Virus record (IMG/VR): IMGVR_UViG_2871105481_000001
Span: 1 to 64,000 of that record
Origin: a virus
Lineage: Duplodnaviria; Caudoviricetes
Strand: one strand, 5' to 3'
Length of the DNA: 64,000 nucleotides
A program made the translations under genes and the position numbers. The notes below the pieces were generated by a model. It was not told the DNA's origin. It did no database searches and saw only the letters and a list, made by a program, of their open reading frames with translations. Numbering within the stretch: position 1 is the stretch's first letter; every line of letters starts with the position of its first letter. Of the stretch, positions 1 through 10,273 are shown one piece after another.

Positions 1-99
1 ATGGCTGACACATCTGATATGGATGAATTTAATTATGAACAATGGAATGATTGTCAAGATAGTATTGGTGATTATCCAAATACTTACCATGAATTATAA
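1..99 (+). CDS. hypothetical protein, 32 aa
   Basis: ATG at base 1, TAA at 97-99 (MADTSDMDEFNYEQWNDCQDSIGDYPNTYHEL); below the ORF-track cutoff. Confidence 0.4.
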   Translation: MADTSDMDEFNYEQWNDCQDSIGDYPNTYHEL

Positions 100-104
100 T
101 AAGC

Positions 105-296
105 ATGAGGGCATCAGAAGCAAATAACATGATTCAACTAATATTGAGTCAGTTAAGTGAAAAAGACAAACAACAACTAAAACTTCAAATGTCTGGGGAG
201 ACTGTAGAGGAAAATGTTGATGATGATGCTTTCATGCTTTTTAGAAAGAAACATTTTACAAAGTCAAAAAACATTAAGGTAATAATGAAAAAATAA
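105..296 (+). CDS. hypothetical protein
   Basis: ORF track, operon-like spacing; ATG at 129 is an alternative start. Confidence 0.5.
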   Translation: MRASEANNMIQLILSQLSEKDKQQLKLQMSGETVEENVDDDAFMLFRKKHFTKSKNIKVIMKK

Positions 297-368
297 CAAT
301 ATAAATATTACAAAAAGGCAACAATCATTAAACAAAACAACAAAGAACAACAGTATTTAGATTTTCTA

Positions 369-1139
369 TTGGATCTTAAAAAATCAATTGAAACAAATCA
401 AAGTATTAAACAATCAGATTTAGCTAAAAAACACAAAGTTAATATTCTATCATTTACTATACTGGCTAATAGTGGACTTATAAGAAATATTGGAACAACT
501 AAAATTCCAAAATACGAATGGATAACTATTCATCCAAATGTGAATATGGCGTCTAAATTAATCGCGAAGGTTTCAGTATTGCAACAAAGTTATTACAATG
601 CTTCAAAAACAAAAGTTTTAAAAAAGAAAACTACTACAATTAGAAGAAATAAGGAGCTTGTGAATATTGATGAATATAACAAATTATCAGAGAATGATAA
701 AAAAATATTCAAACTCTTAGTAGATATCAAAAATAAACTAAAAACTAACGGAAACTTATCATTGTCTGGTATTTGTTCAGAATACCAAGTTAATAGAATA
801 ATTGGAACTAAGATAAATTCCCTTGGTTACGTTAAAAATGTTGGTAATCATATTAAAACAAATTACAAGTGGAATACTGGTGATGTAAATATTCAAATGG
901 TATTTGCTTTAAAAGAGGCGGTAAAAGATGCAAATCTAAAACTAAAAAATGCACCAAAAGTAAATACGGTAGAATCTAATATAATACAAAAAAAGTCAGA
1001 AGTTAAATCTGAAACTGAAACTCCTGTTATTGAGAAATTATTTGCGTTTACTAAGCAAAACTCAATTCAAAATTACACAATGACTATTCCATTATTCTGG
1101 GGATTAATAAAACTAAATGTAAATATCAAAAATAAATAA
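369..1139 (+). CDS. hypothetical Lys/Asn-rich protein with two similar internal segments
   Basis: 256-aa ORF with a TTG start. Segments 'KIPKYEWITIHPNVNMASKL' and 'KTNYKWNTGDVNIQMVFAL' resemble each other. The frame stays open upstream to TAA 294-296. Confidence 0.7.
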   Translation: MDLKKSIETNQSIKQSDLAKKHKVNILSFTILANSGLIRNIGTTKIPKYEWITIHPNVNMASKLIAKVSVLQQSYYNASKTKVLKKKTTTIRRNKELVNIDEYNKLSENDKKIFKLLVDIKNKLKTNGNLSLSGICSEYQVNRIIGTKINSLGYVKNVGNHIKTNYKWNTGDVNIQMVFALKEAVKDANLKLKNAPKVNTVESNIIQKKSEVKSETETPVIEKLFAFTKQNSIQNYTMTIPLFWGLIKLNVNIKNK

Positions 1140-1140
1140 T

Positions 1141-1962
1141 ATGCAAAAAAATCAATTAGAAATAGTAAAAAAATTGGATCAATCTGTAGCCCTAGTAACA
1201 GCCTCAGAAGCTATTGTTGGATTTGAAAAGGCATATAATGTTGCTATTGCTATTGGACAACTTAAAGAACTTCTTACAAATGAATATATGAAGCCAATTA
1301 TGGCTTTACAAGGCAGTAGGTTAGGATTTAAGACAGATAAAGATAGTAAAGGAGGGTATCCATTAGAAGTAGTAAAACAATGTTTATTAGATGCAGTTTT
1401 AATGGGCTTACAACCATATAACAATGAGTTTAATATTATAGGAGGTTCAACGTATCCTACACGTGAAGGGTTCGGTGCCTTGCTTAAAAAGATCAAAGGA
1501 TTAAAAGAACAAATTACATATAAAGATGTTGTTATAGCTGCTGATAAACAAACCGCAACAATGACTGCTGTTATTAAATGGAGTTTAAATGGCCATGAAG
1601 AAGTTGTAGAAGTTCCTTTTAATATTAAGTCAAACGAATATGCTTCTGTAGATGCTCTTATTGGCAAATGTGAACGCAAAGCCAGAAAATGGCTTTATAA
1701 CAAAATATCCGGAACAGATCTACAAGATGCTGATGCTGATGATGTAGTCGAAGTAGAAATTATCAAATCTGAAAAAATTGAAGTTAAGGATGATGATGTA
1801 CTTATCGCAAGAGTTAAATCCGGTCTGACTAAAATCAATAATGTAGAAGATCTAAATAAATTCTATAAGGGCATCCAGGAGCCAACTGATACAATCAATG
1901 AGTTATTTAAACAAAAGAAAGAAGAACTAAATGCAGCAAAGACTAGTAAACCTAACAAATAA
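1141..1962 (+). CDS. single-strand annealing protein (RecT/Redbeta-like recombinase)
   Basis: Motif 'AVLMGLQPYNNEFNIIGG-STYPTREGF', acidic C-terminal linker, position next to an exonuclease. Confidence 0.7.
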   Translation: MQKNQLEIVKKLDQSVALVTASEAIVGFEKAYNVAIAIGQLKELLTNEYMKPIMALQGSRLGFKTDKDSKGGYPLEVVKQCLLDAVLMGLQPYNNEFNIIGGSTYPTREGFGALLKKIKGLKEQITYKDVVIAADKQTATMTAVIKWSLNGHEEVVEVPFNIKSNEYASVDALIGKCERKARKWLYNKISGTDLQDADADDVVEVEIIKSEKIEVKDDDVLIARVKSGLTKINNVEDLNKFYKGIQEPTDTINELFKQKKEELNAAKTSKPNK

Positions 1963-2119
1963 TGTTGAAAGCTTATGTTCTTTCTATAACAAACAAATGA
2001 AAGGAATAAGTATTAAAAACTTGGAAAAGAAAACAGAAGCTTTGTCACTATTAGAAACAGAATGTAATAAATCTAATATTAGCTTCACTTATGTAAAAAC
2101 CGTATTAAAATTAGACTAA
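1931..2119 (+). CDS. hypothetical protein
   Basis: 62-aa ORF overlapping both neighbours (TAATG junction at 2119). Confidence 0.55.
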   Translation: MQQRLVNLTNNVESLCSFYNKQMKGISIKNLEKKTEALSLLETECNKSNISFTYVKTVLKLD

Positions 2120-3174
2120 TGCAATTTAATCCAGAAACATTTGAATTTAGGTGTCATTACTTAGGCTTCTTCGCTGGGAGTCCACAAGGGGGGACTTCTA
2201 AAGATAAGTATGAAAAAATAGCTGGACAAATAGTTGAAACAAACGAAAAATATTCAAAACTAAAAAACAAGGATTGTGATCGTGGAAAAGGTTACCAAGA
2301 AGCTATAGTAGAATTAAAAAAGATTTTAACTGAACTTGAACCTTTCAAGGATATTGAAGAACTTTCAGATACTGCTATTTCTAAATGTTGGGATATTATA
2401 AATGAAAACGAATATGGCATTGTTGAAAACCTGGATAATAAATATGTTCAAAAAGGTCTGTTAACCGAAGATGATGGGATAACAATTATTGGAAACTATC
2501 ATAATGCCTTTCTTACAAAAAATGAAAAGCACTTTAGTAATGGCATAATTAGTGGAACTCCAGATTTAATACATGGAAAAACTAAAACTGGTTTTGTCAT
2601 TGATAATAAAGCTTCGTACAATAAACGTTCATATGATAAAACTAAAACATTAAAGAATATCTATGAATGGCAAGTTGCAGTTGGTTATTTATGGTTAACA
2701 GGTTATAATAAAGCACAAGTAATTCACACACTAGTTAACACTCCAGTAGAATTAATTAAAGCTGAAATGAGGGGTATTATATACCGTCATAAGCCTTTTG
2801 GAATGCCTACTGATGAATTTGAAATTACTGAAGAATTTTCAAGAGTAAAAACTCAAATATTTAGAAATCATATTTACTCTGATTCTGGATATATACAAAA
2901 CTTTGATGGTAGTATAGAATATTTAACAGAAGGATATTGGAAACATTTAGTTGCACTAGAAAACCTTGATGAAAATTTTATTTTCAAACCAATACCTGAG
3001 AATCAAAGATTAAAAATATTCCAGGCTGAACGTGATGATTCTAAAATAAAGCATATAGAAAAGCAATTATTAAAAGCTAGAGCATATATGTGCAGAATTA
3101 TGGAAAATCCGAGAACAGATGACATAGTTCATATCAAACGTACTATAAAAGAAATTACTAAAGCAGACGATTAA
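2119..3174 (+). CDS. PD-(D/E)XK exonuclease (YqaJ/lambda-exo-like)
   Basis: Motifs KG...E, 'SGTPDLI', 'IDNKAS', 'YEWQ...GYLWLTG'. Confidence 0.85.
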   Translation: MQFNPETFEFRCHYLGFFAGSPQGGTSKDKYEKIAGQIVETNEKYSKLKNKDCDRGKGYQEAIVELKKILTELEPFKDIEELSDTAISKCWDIINENEYGIVENLDNKYVQKGLLTEDDGITIIGNYHNAFLTKNEKHFSNGIISGTPDLIHGKTKTGFVIDNKASYNKRSYDKTKTLKNIYEWQVAVGYLWLTGYNKAQVIHTLVNTPVELIKAEMRGIIYRHKPFGMPTDEFEITEEFSRVKTQIFRNHIYSDSGYIQNFDGSIEYLTEGYWKHLVALENLDENFIFKPIPENQRLKIFQAERDDSKIKHIEKQLLKARAYMCRIMENPRTDDIVHIKRTIKEITKADD

Positions 3175-3175
3175 A

Positions 3176-3349
3176 TTGTACAAAAATCCAAATGGATTAC
3201 CTATTGACGGTCATATATTTCTGATCGGCAAAGAGTACTTTTATGCCATTATTGACCAAGAATGGTACAAATTAGAAGCTACAACATTCCAAAAAGCTTT
3301 AAAAGAAGTTCAATTAAAAGAAAAACAACTAAAAACAATTACAAAATGA
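3176..3349 (+). CDS. hypothetical protein, 57 aa (not in track)
   Basis: TTG start right after the exonuclease stop; TGA overlaps the next ATG (ATGA at 3346-3349). Confidence 0.5.
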   Translation: MYKNPNGLPIDGHIFLIGKEYFYAIIDQEWYKLEATTFQKALKEVQLKEKQLKTITK

Positions 3350-3498
3350 AAACAAACTTAGACAACATTCAGACAGTTATAATTTATGATAAAGCTGGTA
3401 TGGTAAAACATAGGTTTACTCCAAGTTCATTAAGTATACAAACTCATAATGATAAAAGTAAAACCTTAGCCATTAAAGAAGTTGATTTTAAAAGTTAG
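3346..3498 (+). CDS. hypothetical protein
   Basis: C-terminal part of track ORF 3262..3498; ATG 3346 is the coupled start. Confidence 0.55.
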   Translation: MKTNLDNIQTVIIYDKAGMVKHRFTPSSLSIQTHNDKSKTLAIKEVDFKS

Positions 3499-3501
3499 AC
3501 C

Positions 3502-4311
3502 ATGTACATAGAGAGCATTACGAAAAACTTTGACCCTTGTGTAGCTTGTAATGTTGGAACTGATGCAGCAATTATTCTAGCTAATATTGAAATATGGCAA
3601 CACCACGCTAAAATAAATGGTCTTAATATTTATGATGGGAAAAATTGGATTTACAACAAAATAGAAAGTTTTCAGAAACAATTCTATTACCTTACTGAAA
3701 AACAAATTTCCCTTTGCTTAAAAAAACTTGAAGATAATGGTTACCTATCTGTAGGTTGTTACAATGAAAATGTTTTTGATAGAACAAAATGGTATACCTC
3801 TGAAAGGCTTAACAAATCAGTTTTTGAACCAGTTAAACTACATATTGTAAGAAAGAATACTGATGATAAAAAACTTATAGAGGTTAATAAGCCAATAGAA
3901 AATGAAGATGCTTTGTATTTCTATATAGCAAAAAGCTATCATGAAACTTTCATATCAAAAAAAGGCCAAACTAGAACACTACTTAATGCAAGTTATAATG
4001 ATTGGATAAAAACTGTCCGGTTATTAATAACTACTGACGAAGTCACAGTACCTCAATTAATTGCAATTAAATTATACCTACAAGATGGAGTTAACGGAGT
4101 TGCAGGAGTAGATACTTTTTGGATTAATACAATTTCATCAATTCACGCATTAAGAAAGAAAAATAAAGATGAAGTATACTATTTCGATATGATTCGTGAC
4201 CATGTTCAGAAGTGGTTAAAAATAAAAGCTAATGAAATTCGTGTTTATAAAGCTGAAGAAAAATTAAAAAAACACATCGATAATTTAAATGACAATACAG
4301 GAAGCACATAG
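3502..4311 (+). CDS. replication initiator / replisome organizer with N-terminal winged HTH
   Basis: 'DAAIILANI...DGKNWIYN...F.YLTEKQI...LKKLEDNGYL..G.YN...DRTKWY' matches phage replisome-organizer N-termini. Confidence 0.75.
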   Translation: MYIESITKNFDPCVACNVGTDAAIILANIEIWQHHAKINGLNIYDGKNWIYNKIESFQKQFYYLTEKQISLCLKKLEDNGYLSVGCYNENVFDRTKWYTSERLNKSVFEPVKLHIVRKNTDDKKLIEVNKPIENEDALYFYIAKSYHETFISKKGQTRTLLNASYNDWIKTVRLLITTDEVTVPQLIAIKLYLQDGVNGVAGVDTFWINTISSIHALRKKNKDEVYYFDMIRDHVQKWLKIKANEIRVYKAEEKLKKHIDNLNDNTGST

Positions 4312-6091
4312 CAATTTACTTGAAAAAGGAATAAAAACTTTGCCTACTCAGAAAAATAAAGCTCCATTACCGAAGCTTAAATGGCAAGAAGAAGTTCCTA
4401 GTTTCATGTTTGATTTAGCAGAAGGTATTGGTATTAAATGTGGTAAAGCTTCAGGAGGTATAGAATGTTTAGATTTTGATAATCATTTGGACAATGCTAA
4501 AGAAATTTTTGAAGATTTCATAAATATTGATGGTGTTGGTGAAATGATGATGCAGGATAAATTCTATATTGAATATACCCGTAGTGGTGGATATCATTTA
4601 GTTTTTAGATCTGAATATTATGAAGGAAATCAGAAATTAGCTTTACAACCTAATGAAAATAAAAAAACAGATCGGTATCCTGATGGTAAGCCTGAATGTG
4701 TAATTGAAACAAGAGGTGAAGGTGGTTATTTCTGTTGTGAACCTACTGAAGGTTATGCTTGGGCTAAAAGTCCTTATACTTATGACATTCCATTACTATC
4801 TAAAGAAGAAAGAGATTTATTATTTAGAGCTGCAAGATCTTTTAATACTTTTTTCAAAGAAGAAGTTGAAGTTTTCTCTAATACAAATATATCTTCAGAA
4901 AAGGCAGGTGATGTTTATAACGATGATTTAAATTCTATAGAAGAAGCAAAACAAATTCTTAGAACTAATGGTTGGACTATAAACGGAAAATATTGTACTC
5001 GACCTGGTAAAAATCTTTCTGATGGCTTCTCTGCTACTTTTGGCAAAGTTGCCCATAATGTGTTCTATGTTTTTTCAACAAATGCACATCCTTTTGAAGA
5101 TGGTAAAGCATACAAACCTTTTCAAATAAAAGCTTTATTAGATCATAATGGTGATTTTAAATCTTGTGCAAAGGAATTAGCTCAAAGATATGGATTAGAA
5201 AGAAGACCAGATACATTAATTGCTCAATATAAAGATAAAGTTGCGTTTACTAATACTGAAGAAGAAAATATAGAAAAGAAAACATCACTACTTTATAAAC
5301 TCTCTTCTTTAAAAATTGATACTTCAAAAGAATTAGTAAAGCCTCCAGTTGCATTAAGTATTATTGAATCATCCGGAACCCAAACAAAAGAAGTAGTTAT
5401 TCAAACTAGAGGTGATTTTTCAGTTTTAACAGGGCAACAGAAAGCTAGAAAAACATACTTTATTTCTACACTAGTTGGTGCAATGGCATCAAGTGGAAAT
5501 GTATTTCTTGATAAACTAAAAGGATATCTCCCTTTTAACAAACAAGGAGCAGCAGTATTTGATACAGAACAAGGTAACTGGTATGCACAGAAAACAGCAA
5601 TAAGAATTAAAAATGCAATATCAAGTTCTGCAATATTTGATTACTTCTTTCTTAGAGATTCAGATCCATATGAAAGACGAGAATTAATTGAAGCTTACTT
5701 AGAAGAAAATAACAATAAAATAGGCTTTATAGCAATTGATGGAATCGTTGATCTTGTATATGACTTCAATAACCAAGAAGAATGTTCAAAATGTGTACAA
5801 TGGATTATGAAGATATCTTCTAAATATGATGTGCATATTACGGTAATTATTCACCAAAATAAATCTGATGGAAAAGCTAGAGGTCACTTAGGTACTATGC
5901 TCGCACAAAAAGCAGAAACAGTAATTGAAATCAATAAACATGGTGAACGAGGTAATACTTCTTCTATTATTTCAGCAAGAGATACCAGAGGTAAAGGATT
6001 TGAAGACTTTTTAATAACAATTGATGGTAATGGAAATCCATTCTTTGAAGATGAATACAAACCAAAAAAAAAAAAACAACCAATATTCTAA
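4289..6091 (+). CDS. bifunctional primase-polymerase fused to RecA-like (AAA_25-type) helicase
   Basis: Prim-Pol motifs 'IGIKCG...GIECLDFD', 'TRSGGYHL', 'IETRGEGGY'; Walker A 'GQQKARKT', Walker B 'FIAIDG', 'IIHQNK...ARGHLG'. Confidence 0.9.
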   Translation: MTIQEAHSNLLEKGIKTLPTQKNKAPLPKLKWQEEVPSFMFDLAEGIGIKCGKASGGIECLDFDNHLDNAKEIFEDFINIDGVGEMMMQDKFYIEYTRSGGYHLVFRSEYYEGNQKLALQPNENKKTDRYPDGKPECVIETRGEGGYFCCEPTEGYAWAKSPYTYDIPLLSKEERDLLFRAARSFNTFFKEEVEVFSNTNISSEKAGDVYNDDLNSIEEAKQILRTNGWTINGKYCTRPGKNLSDGFSATFGKVAHNVFYVFSTNAHPFEDGKAYKPFQIKALLDHNGDFKSCAKELAQRYGLERRPDTLIAQYKDKVAFTNTEEENIEKKTSLLYKLSSLKIDTSKELVKPPVALSIIESSGTQTKEVVIQTRGDFSVLTGQQKARKTYFISTLVGAMASSGNVFLDKLKGYLPFNKQGAAVFDTEQGNWYAQKTAIRIKNAISSSAIFDYFFLRDSDPYERRELIEAYLEENNNKIGFIAIDGIVDLVYDFNNQEECSKCVQWIMKISSKYDVHITVIIHQNKSDGKARGHLGTMLAQKAETVIEINKHGERGNTSSIISARDTRGKGFEDFLITIDGNGNPFFEDEYKPKKKKQPIF

Positions 6092-6207
6092 ATTGATAAA
6101 CAATATGAAACTAATTTATCAAAAAAGCAGGTTAGAAAAAGAATATATAAGAAATGGTACAATAGAAAAATATCTTAAAGTGTTTTCAAATAACTAATAA
6201 AATAACA

Positions 6208-6666
6208 ATGACTAAAAAATACATAAAAGACTTAGGAGATAATGAAGTTATTCATGCACCTACTGAAAAAGAAAGGAAAATTATTTTGTTAAAATTAAAA
6301 TCATTAGACATAAACATCCATGAAAAATATTTAGATAAAATAAATGAATTTGAATCTAATACATGTTTCTGCCCTAAACATAAACTAGTACTGAATAAAG
6401 AAATGTTACCACTTCAAACGAAGATATATACAATTGAAAATCTATTTGATTTTTCTGAGAAAAGTCCACAACCTCACTATGATAATTCAAATGGTAGTTT
6501 ATATAAGCTAGCAACAGAATTAAACTTAAATCACTGGGAATTTGACATATTAAAAAGATTGGTAAGATGTCGTAAAAAAGGACAATTCAAACAAGATTTA
6601 CAAAAAATTAAAGACACAATAGATATTTATATTAATGAATATGATGATGAACGCAACATATACTAA
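6208..6666 (+). CDS. hypothetical protein with C-terminal DUF3310-like domain
   Basis: 'PQPHYD...FDILKRLVRCRKKGQFKQDLQKI' resembles the DUF3310 pattern. Confidence 0.6.
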   Translation: MTKKYIKDLGDNEVIHAPTEKERKIILLKLKSLDINIHEKYLDKINEFESNTCFCPKHKLVLNKEMLPLQTKIYTIENLFDFSEKSPQPHYDNSNGSLYKLATELNLNHWEFDILKRLVRCRKKGQFKQDLQKIKDTIDIYINEYDDERNIY

Positions 6667-7324
6667 AATACCATTCAGCATTAAAAACATAGCTTATGAC
6701 AAAGTAAAAGCTAAAACCGCATCTCAATACTTAGGCGTAAATAATGTTCAATTTAAAAAAGATTTTCATCCTAAAACTCCACAACATATTCTTGTTAATA
6801 TGCAAATTATATCATTTTTATCAAGAGATATATTTATGGACATTGATTGGTTTGTAAAGAAAAAATATATACCAGCATTCAATTCAATTAACATCCTAAA
6901 AGATATTTCAAAAGATGAAGAAAGGTGGGTAAAAGAAGAATATGAAAGACAAGGTAAAAACGAAGATATTTATAATGATAATTATATTAAAATAACAGAT
7001 TACTTCCGGAGTTTATCTTCTAAGTTATTATCCGATTTCCAGAAGCAAGCAGATGATGAGTTAGAATCAATGTTATATTGTATTCTAGCAATAAGATATA
7101 TTCATTCAAACCTTAAATATACAATTACAAGCCCAACTCAGGGTATTCAAACTACTCTACTTAATAAACTAATAGGAATCAGTAATCAGATTCAACTTCA
7201 ATTTTTACAAAGGCACTCAAAGGTTAGTAATTCGACTATTGATTTATCAATTTATGATGAATTGTTTGATAAAATGAGAAGAATGGACGCAGAAAAATTA
7301 ACAGAATTAATACTACAAAAATGA
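6635..7324 (+). CDS. hypothetical protein
   Basis: 229-aa ORF overlapping both neighbours. Confidence 0.7.
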   Translation: MNMMMNATYTKIPFSIKNIAYDKVKAKTASQYLGVNNVQFKKDFHPKTPQHILVNMQIISFLSRDIFMDIDWFVKKKYIPAFNSINILKDISKDEERWVKEEYERQGKNEDIYNDNYIKITDYFRSLSSKLLSDFQKQADDELESMLYCILAIRYIHSNLKYTITSPTQGIQTTLLNKLIGISNQIQLQFLQRHSKVSNSTIDLSIYDELFDKMRRMDAEKLTELILQK

Positions 7325-7716
7325 ACGATTTAAGAATGTCGACTAGTCTGTATAAAGAAACTACAGATAATGGATTTAAGAATAATATAAACAAGTTTGT
7401 CAACCACTGTTATAATCAATCAAAAGAAGCAGGATGGCATGATAAGCAAAGGGAAATAGGAACAATGCTAATGCTTATTGTTTCTGAAATATCTGAAGCT
7501 ATGGAAGGGGATAGAAAAGATCTTATGGATGATCATTTACCACATAGAAAAATGATAGAAGTTGAACTAGCAGATGCAATGATAAGGATTGGAGATTTAG
7601 CAGGTAAATTAAATTTAGATTTAGGTGGAGCTATTGATGAAAAATTAAAATTCAATAAAAATAGGCCAGATCATAAAATGGAAAATAGAGCTTTAGATGG
7701 AGGTAAAAAATACTAA
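7321..7716 (+). CDS. MazG-like nucleotide pyrophosphohydrolase
   Basis: 'LIVSEISEAMEG' and 'EVELADAMIRIGD' ExxE/ExxD motifs. Confidence 0.85.
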   Translation: MNDLRMSTSLYKETTDNGFKNNINKFVNHCYNQSKEAGWHDKQREIGTMLMLIVSEISEAMEGDRKDLMDDHLPHRKMIEVELADAMIRIGDLAGKLNLDLGGAIDEKLKFNKNRPDHKMENRALDGGKKY

Positions 7717-7906
7717 ACTAGAAATACAGGATATAAATATTTCAAAACTACCAGTTGTTGTAAACGCAATTGATAATAAAACAACAATTACTGTTAGTGC
7801 AGGTACGAAAATATTCTTTACTAATAATGAAGGGGATACAGAAGCATTAATGCCAGTTGTAAATTTTAAATACCAAGAAAATAATAATTACATAACCTCA
7901 ATATAA
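7697..7906 (+). CDS. hypothetical protein
   Basis: 69-aa ORF within the operon. Confidence 0.55.
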   Translation: MEVKNTKLEIQDINISKLPVVVNAIDNKTTITVSAGTKIFFTNNEGDTEALMPVVNFKYQENNNYITSI

Positions 7907-7909
7907 TTT

Positions 7910-8278
7910 ATGGAACTTACAGGAATAATAAAAAAAATCAACCCTACACAAACATTTCAATCAGGATTCACAAAACGTGAACTTATCATTTTGACTACGG
8001 AACAATATCCACAACCTATTAGTATTGATTTCTTCAAAGAAAAAGGTGAATTACTTGATTCGTTAAATGAGGGTGACCAGGTTAAAGTTGGAATAAATAT
8101 AAATGGTAGAGAATGGCAAGCACCAGATGGACAAGTCCGATATTTTAACTCAATTGTTGGATGGAGAATAGAAAAAACTAATGAAAGTAATTTTCAGCAA
8201 GATACTTTTAAGCCACCATTACAAGATGACATAAAAAATGTATTTGGTAATGATGACGATGATGATCTTCCATTCTGA
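7910..8278 (+). CDS. DUF3127-family OB-fold single-stranded DNA-binding protein
   Basis: 'GFTKRELII...QYPQPISIDF...GININGREW...YFNSIVGWRIE' and acidic tail 'DDDDDLPF'. Confidence 0.9.
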   Translation: MELTGIIKKINPTQTFQSGFTKRELIILTTEQYPQPISIDFFKEKGELLDSLNEGDQVKVGININGREWQAPDGQVRYFNSIVGWRIEKTNESNFQQDTFKPPLQDDIKNVFGNDDDDDLPF

Positions 8279-8289
8279 TATAAATATGT

Positions 8290-8311
8290 AACCCTCCAAT
8301 TTAGGAGGGTT
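8290..8311. terminator. bidirectional intrinsic terminator
   Basis: AACCCTCC-AATTTA-GGAGGGTT hairpin between convergent genes. Confidence 0.8.
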
Positions 8312-8317
8312 TATTTG

Positions 8318-9403
8318 TTAAAAGAAATACTCGTGTATAGCTTTTCTATTCTCATAATAATTGAAGAATATAAACCCCCTTTGTCCTTTTTGAAAATTCG
8401 TCTGAACCCAATTAGAGCTAGGGCTTAATGCTGGGTAATTATAGTATTTGAACAAATCACTGCTCGCAGAATCAAATAAGTATTGATGCGAATCTCCTTT
8501 CTCTACAATAATATCATAGCCTTTATTTAATAAATTATTAGCTGTTAGATAGCCTACTATTTTATTGATTTGATTAGGATCTATTTTTGGTTTAAATCCA
8601 TGTTTCATATGTTGAGAGTCCTTACCATGAGTAGTAACAAAGTAATAATTACCAACAATACTATAATCAATGAATTTAAGCTGGTTTACTACAGTAACTT
8701 TACTAGGATAAGCCTTGTGCATTAAGACCTCAAATGCTTTGTTTAAACAGTATGCAAATGAGCCAGAGTGGTTGTCATTATTAATATTATGAAAGTGAAT
8801 TTTATCGTAATATGGAAGTAGTGATTCAGTTAATTTTACTTTAAACTCAAAACCAACATCAAAGGCTTCCTCATTCGTCATATTCTGAGGTAAATGATGA
8901 CCACCTCTTGTTGTTTGTCCATTGAACCCATCTAACATATCACCCAGATCTTTAATGTAAAGTAGATTAGACTTTTGATTTTGAATTGTAAACGCAACAA
9001 TTTGGTTTAATGTTTTGAAAATATCATCCTTTGTCCATGTATGGTTATATAAACTTCTACCACTATCTGAAGCATCCATACCAATATGTACATCAGTAAT
9101 TACTAATTTATCAAAATCGGCTTCTATGTTATTTTTTAAATTATTTTTATTAACAATTAATGGCTTTATATTTCTAAAAGCATATTCAAAGTCATAATCA
9201 TCAATATTGAAACCTATATCATCATTAGGTCTAATTCTTAGAGAAAAATCCTTGGTTTTATCCCAGTATTCAATGACTGACTTATCATCTATTCCTCTTT
9301 CTTTACAGTGTTCTTCAAATTTTGATTGATTTCGTTTTGATTCCCGGTACTGAATCAGTAATTCTTCCTCGTCTTTCTTTAATCGGTATCTATTACTACC
9401 CAT
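8318..9403 (-). CDS. calcineurin-like metallophosphoesterase
   Basis: Motifs DVHIG, DLGDMLDG, NDNH, THG, GDSH; probable ATG at 9403 (track start 9457). Confidence 0.85.
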   Translation of the reverse strand: MGSNRYRLKKDEEELLIQYRESKRNQSKFEEHCKERGIDDKSVIEYWDKTKDFSLRIRPNDDIGFNIDDYDFEYAFRNIKPLIVNKNNLKNNIEADFDKLVITDVHIGMDASDSGRSLYNHTWTKDDIFKTLNQIVAFTIQNQKSNLLYIKDLGDMLDGFNGQTTRGGHHLPQNMTNEEAFDVGFEFKVKLTESLLPYYDKIHFHNINNDNHSGSFAYCLNKAFEVLMHKAYPSKVTVVNQLKFIDYSIVGNYYFVTTHGKDSQHMKHGFKPKIDPNQINKIVGYLTANNLLNKGYDIIVEKGDSHQYLFDSASSDLFKYYNYPALSPSSNWVQTNFQKGQRGFIFFNYYENRKAIHEYFF

Positions 9404-9542
9404 GAGAAAAATAAATTTAGGTGTTATGTACGACCAATAAAGTATCAGTGAACGCAAAACATTGGTTTGCTAGAACCAAAAATCCCTGCCAAATTTATGA
9501 CAAGGATTAAACACCTCATTTTATTTTTATGGTTAATAGATT

Positions 9543-10160
9543 TTATGCGGACTTAATTTTATTGTACCAGTTTAAAACTTCTTTAATGCCAAATGGATTT
9601 GCTGAATAATTACCTGCAATTACTTGACGTGTTGCCAATAAAGAAGGCTTTGCTGATAGGTTGTGCTTTTTCCAGTAGTACAAAGCTGAAATAAAGTTAA
9701 ATGGAGGTTTTTCCAGCCATTCTGGATGTGAAATAAAGTCGATACCAGTATCTTTTGAAAGCTGAGTGTAATTGTTCCTGCCAGTGGTTTGAATAGCACC
9801 ACGGCCAATGAATTTAGATCCATCTCCGTCATAGATATTACCTAAACCTTTAGGAAACTTTCGGTCATCATATACTAGGTTAGCAAGTTTTTCAGAATCT
9901 CGCAGATAATCGTTTGGTTTGTACTTTGATCTAAAAGCAGAAGGAAATACCGCAACCAATCTTGAAGGGGTAGTGTAAAATAGATTCTCTTTGAATACCT
10001 TAAATCCACCAGTTTCATTCAGACAGTTTGCAAGGAACCGAAATTTATCTTCATCTGTTTTAAGTCCATATTTTTCCATTTGCTCATATAAATCATCTGG
10101 AATATTGGATAGTGTTACATTTAATTTATTGAATTTAGTGGTCAATTCTTGCTTAGACAT
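9543..10160 (-). CDS. glycoside hydrolase family 19 endolysin
   Basis: 'FLANCLNETGGF...ENLFY' and 'GDGSKFIGRGAIQTTGRNNY'; ATG at 10160. Confidence 0.9.
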   Translation of the reverse strand: MSKQELTTKFNKLNVTLSNIPDDLYEQMEKYGLKTDEDKFRFLANCLNETGGFKVFKENLFYTTPSRLVAVFPSAFRSKYKPNDYLRDSEKLANLVYDDRKFPKGLGNIYDGDGSKFIGRGAIQTTGRNNYTQLSKDTGIDFISHPEWLEKPPFNFISALYYWKKHNLSAKPSLLATRQVIAGNYSANPFGIKEVLNWYNKIKSA

Positions 10161-10273
10161 TACTTCTGTTTTGACCACAAAATAATAATAGAAGTAGGAA
10201 AATTTATTTTGCTAAATAAATTGTTTTTATTTTAAAATTTCTTATTTTAGTATATAAAGTTAATTCATTAAAA

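Noticed and set aside
3262-3345. N-terminal extension of ORF 3262..3498
   Set aside because: Overlaps a better coupled ORF (3176..3349); ATG 3346 with an ATGA overlap is the more plausible start.
6064-6076. A13 run as a frameshift or phase-variation site
   Set aside because: It is in frame and only encodes a terminal poly-Lys (PKKKKQPIF); slippage would alter only a few C-terminal residues.
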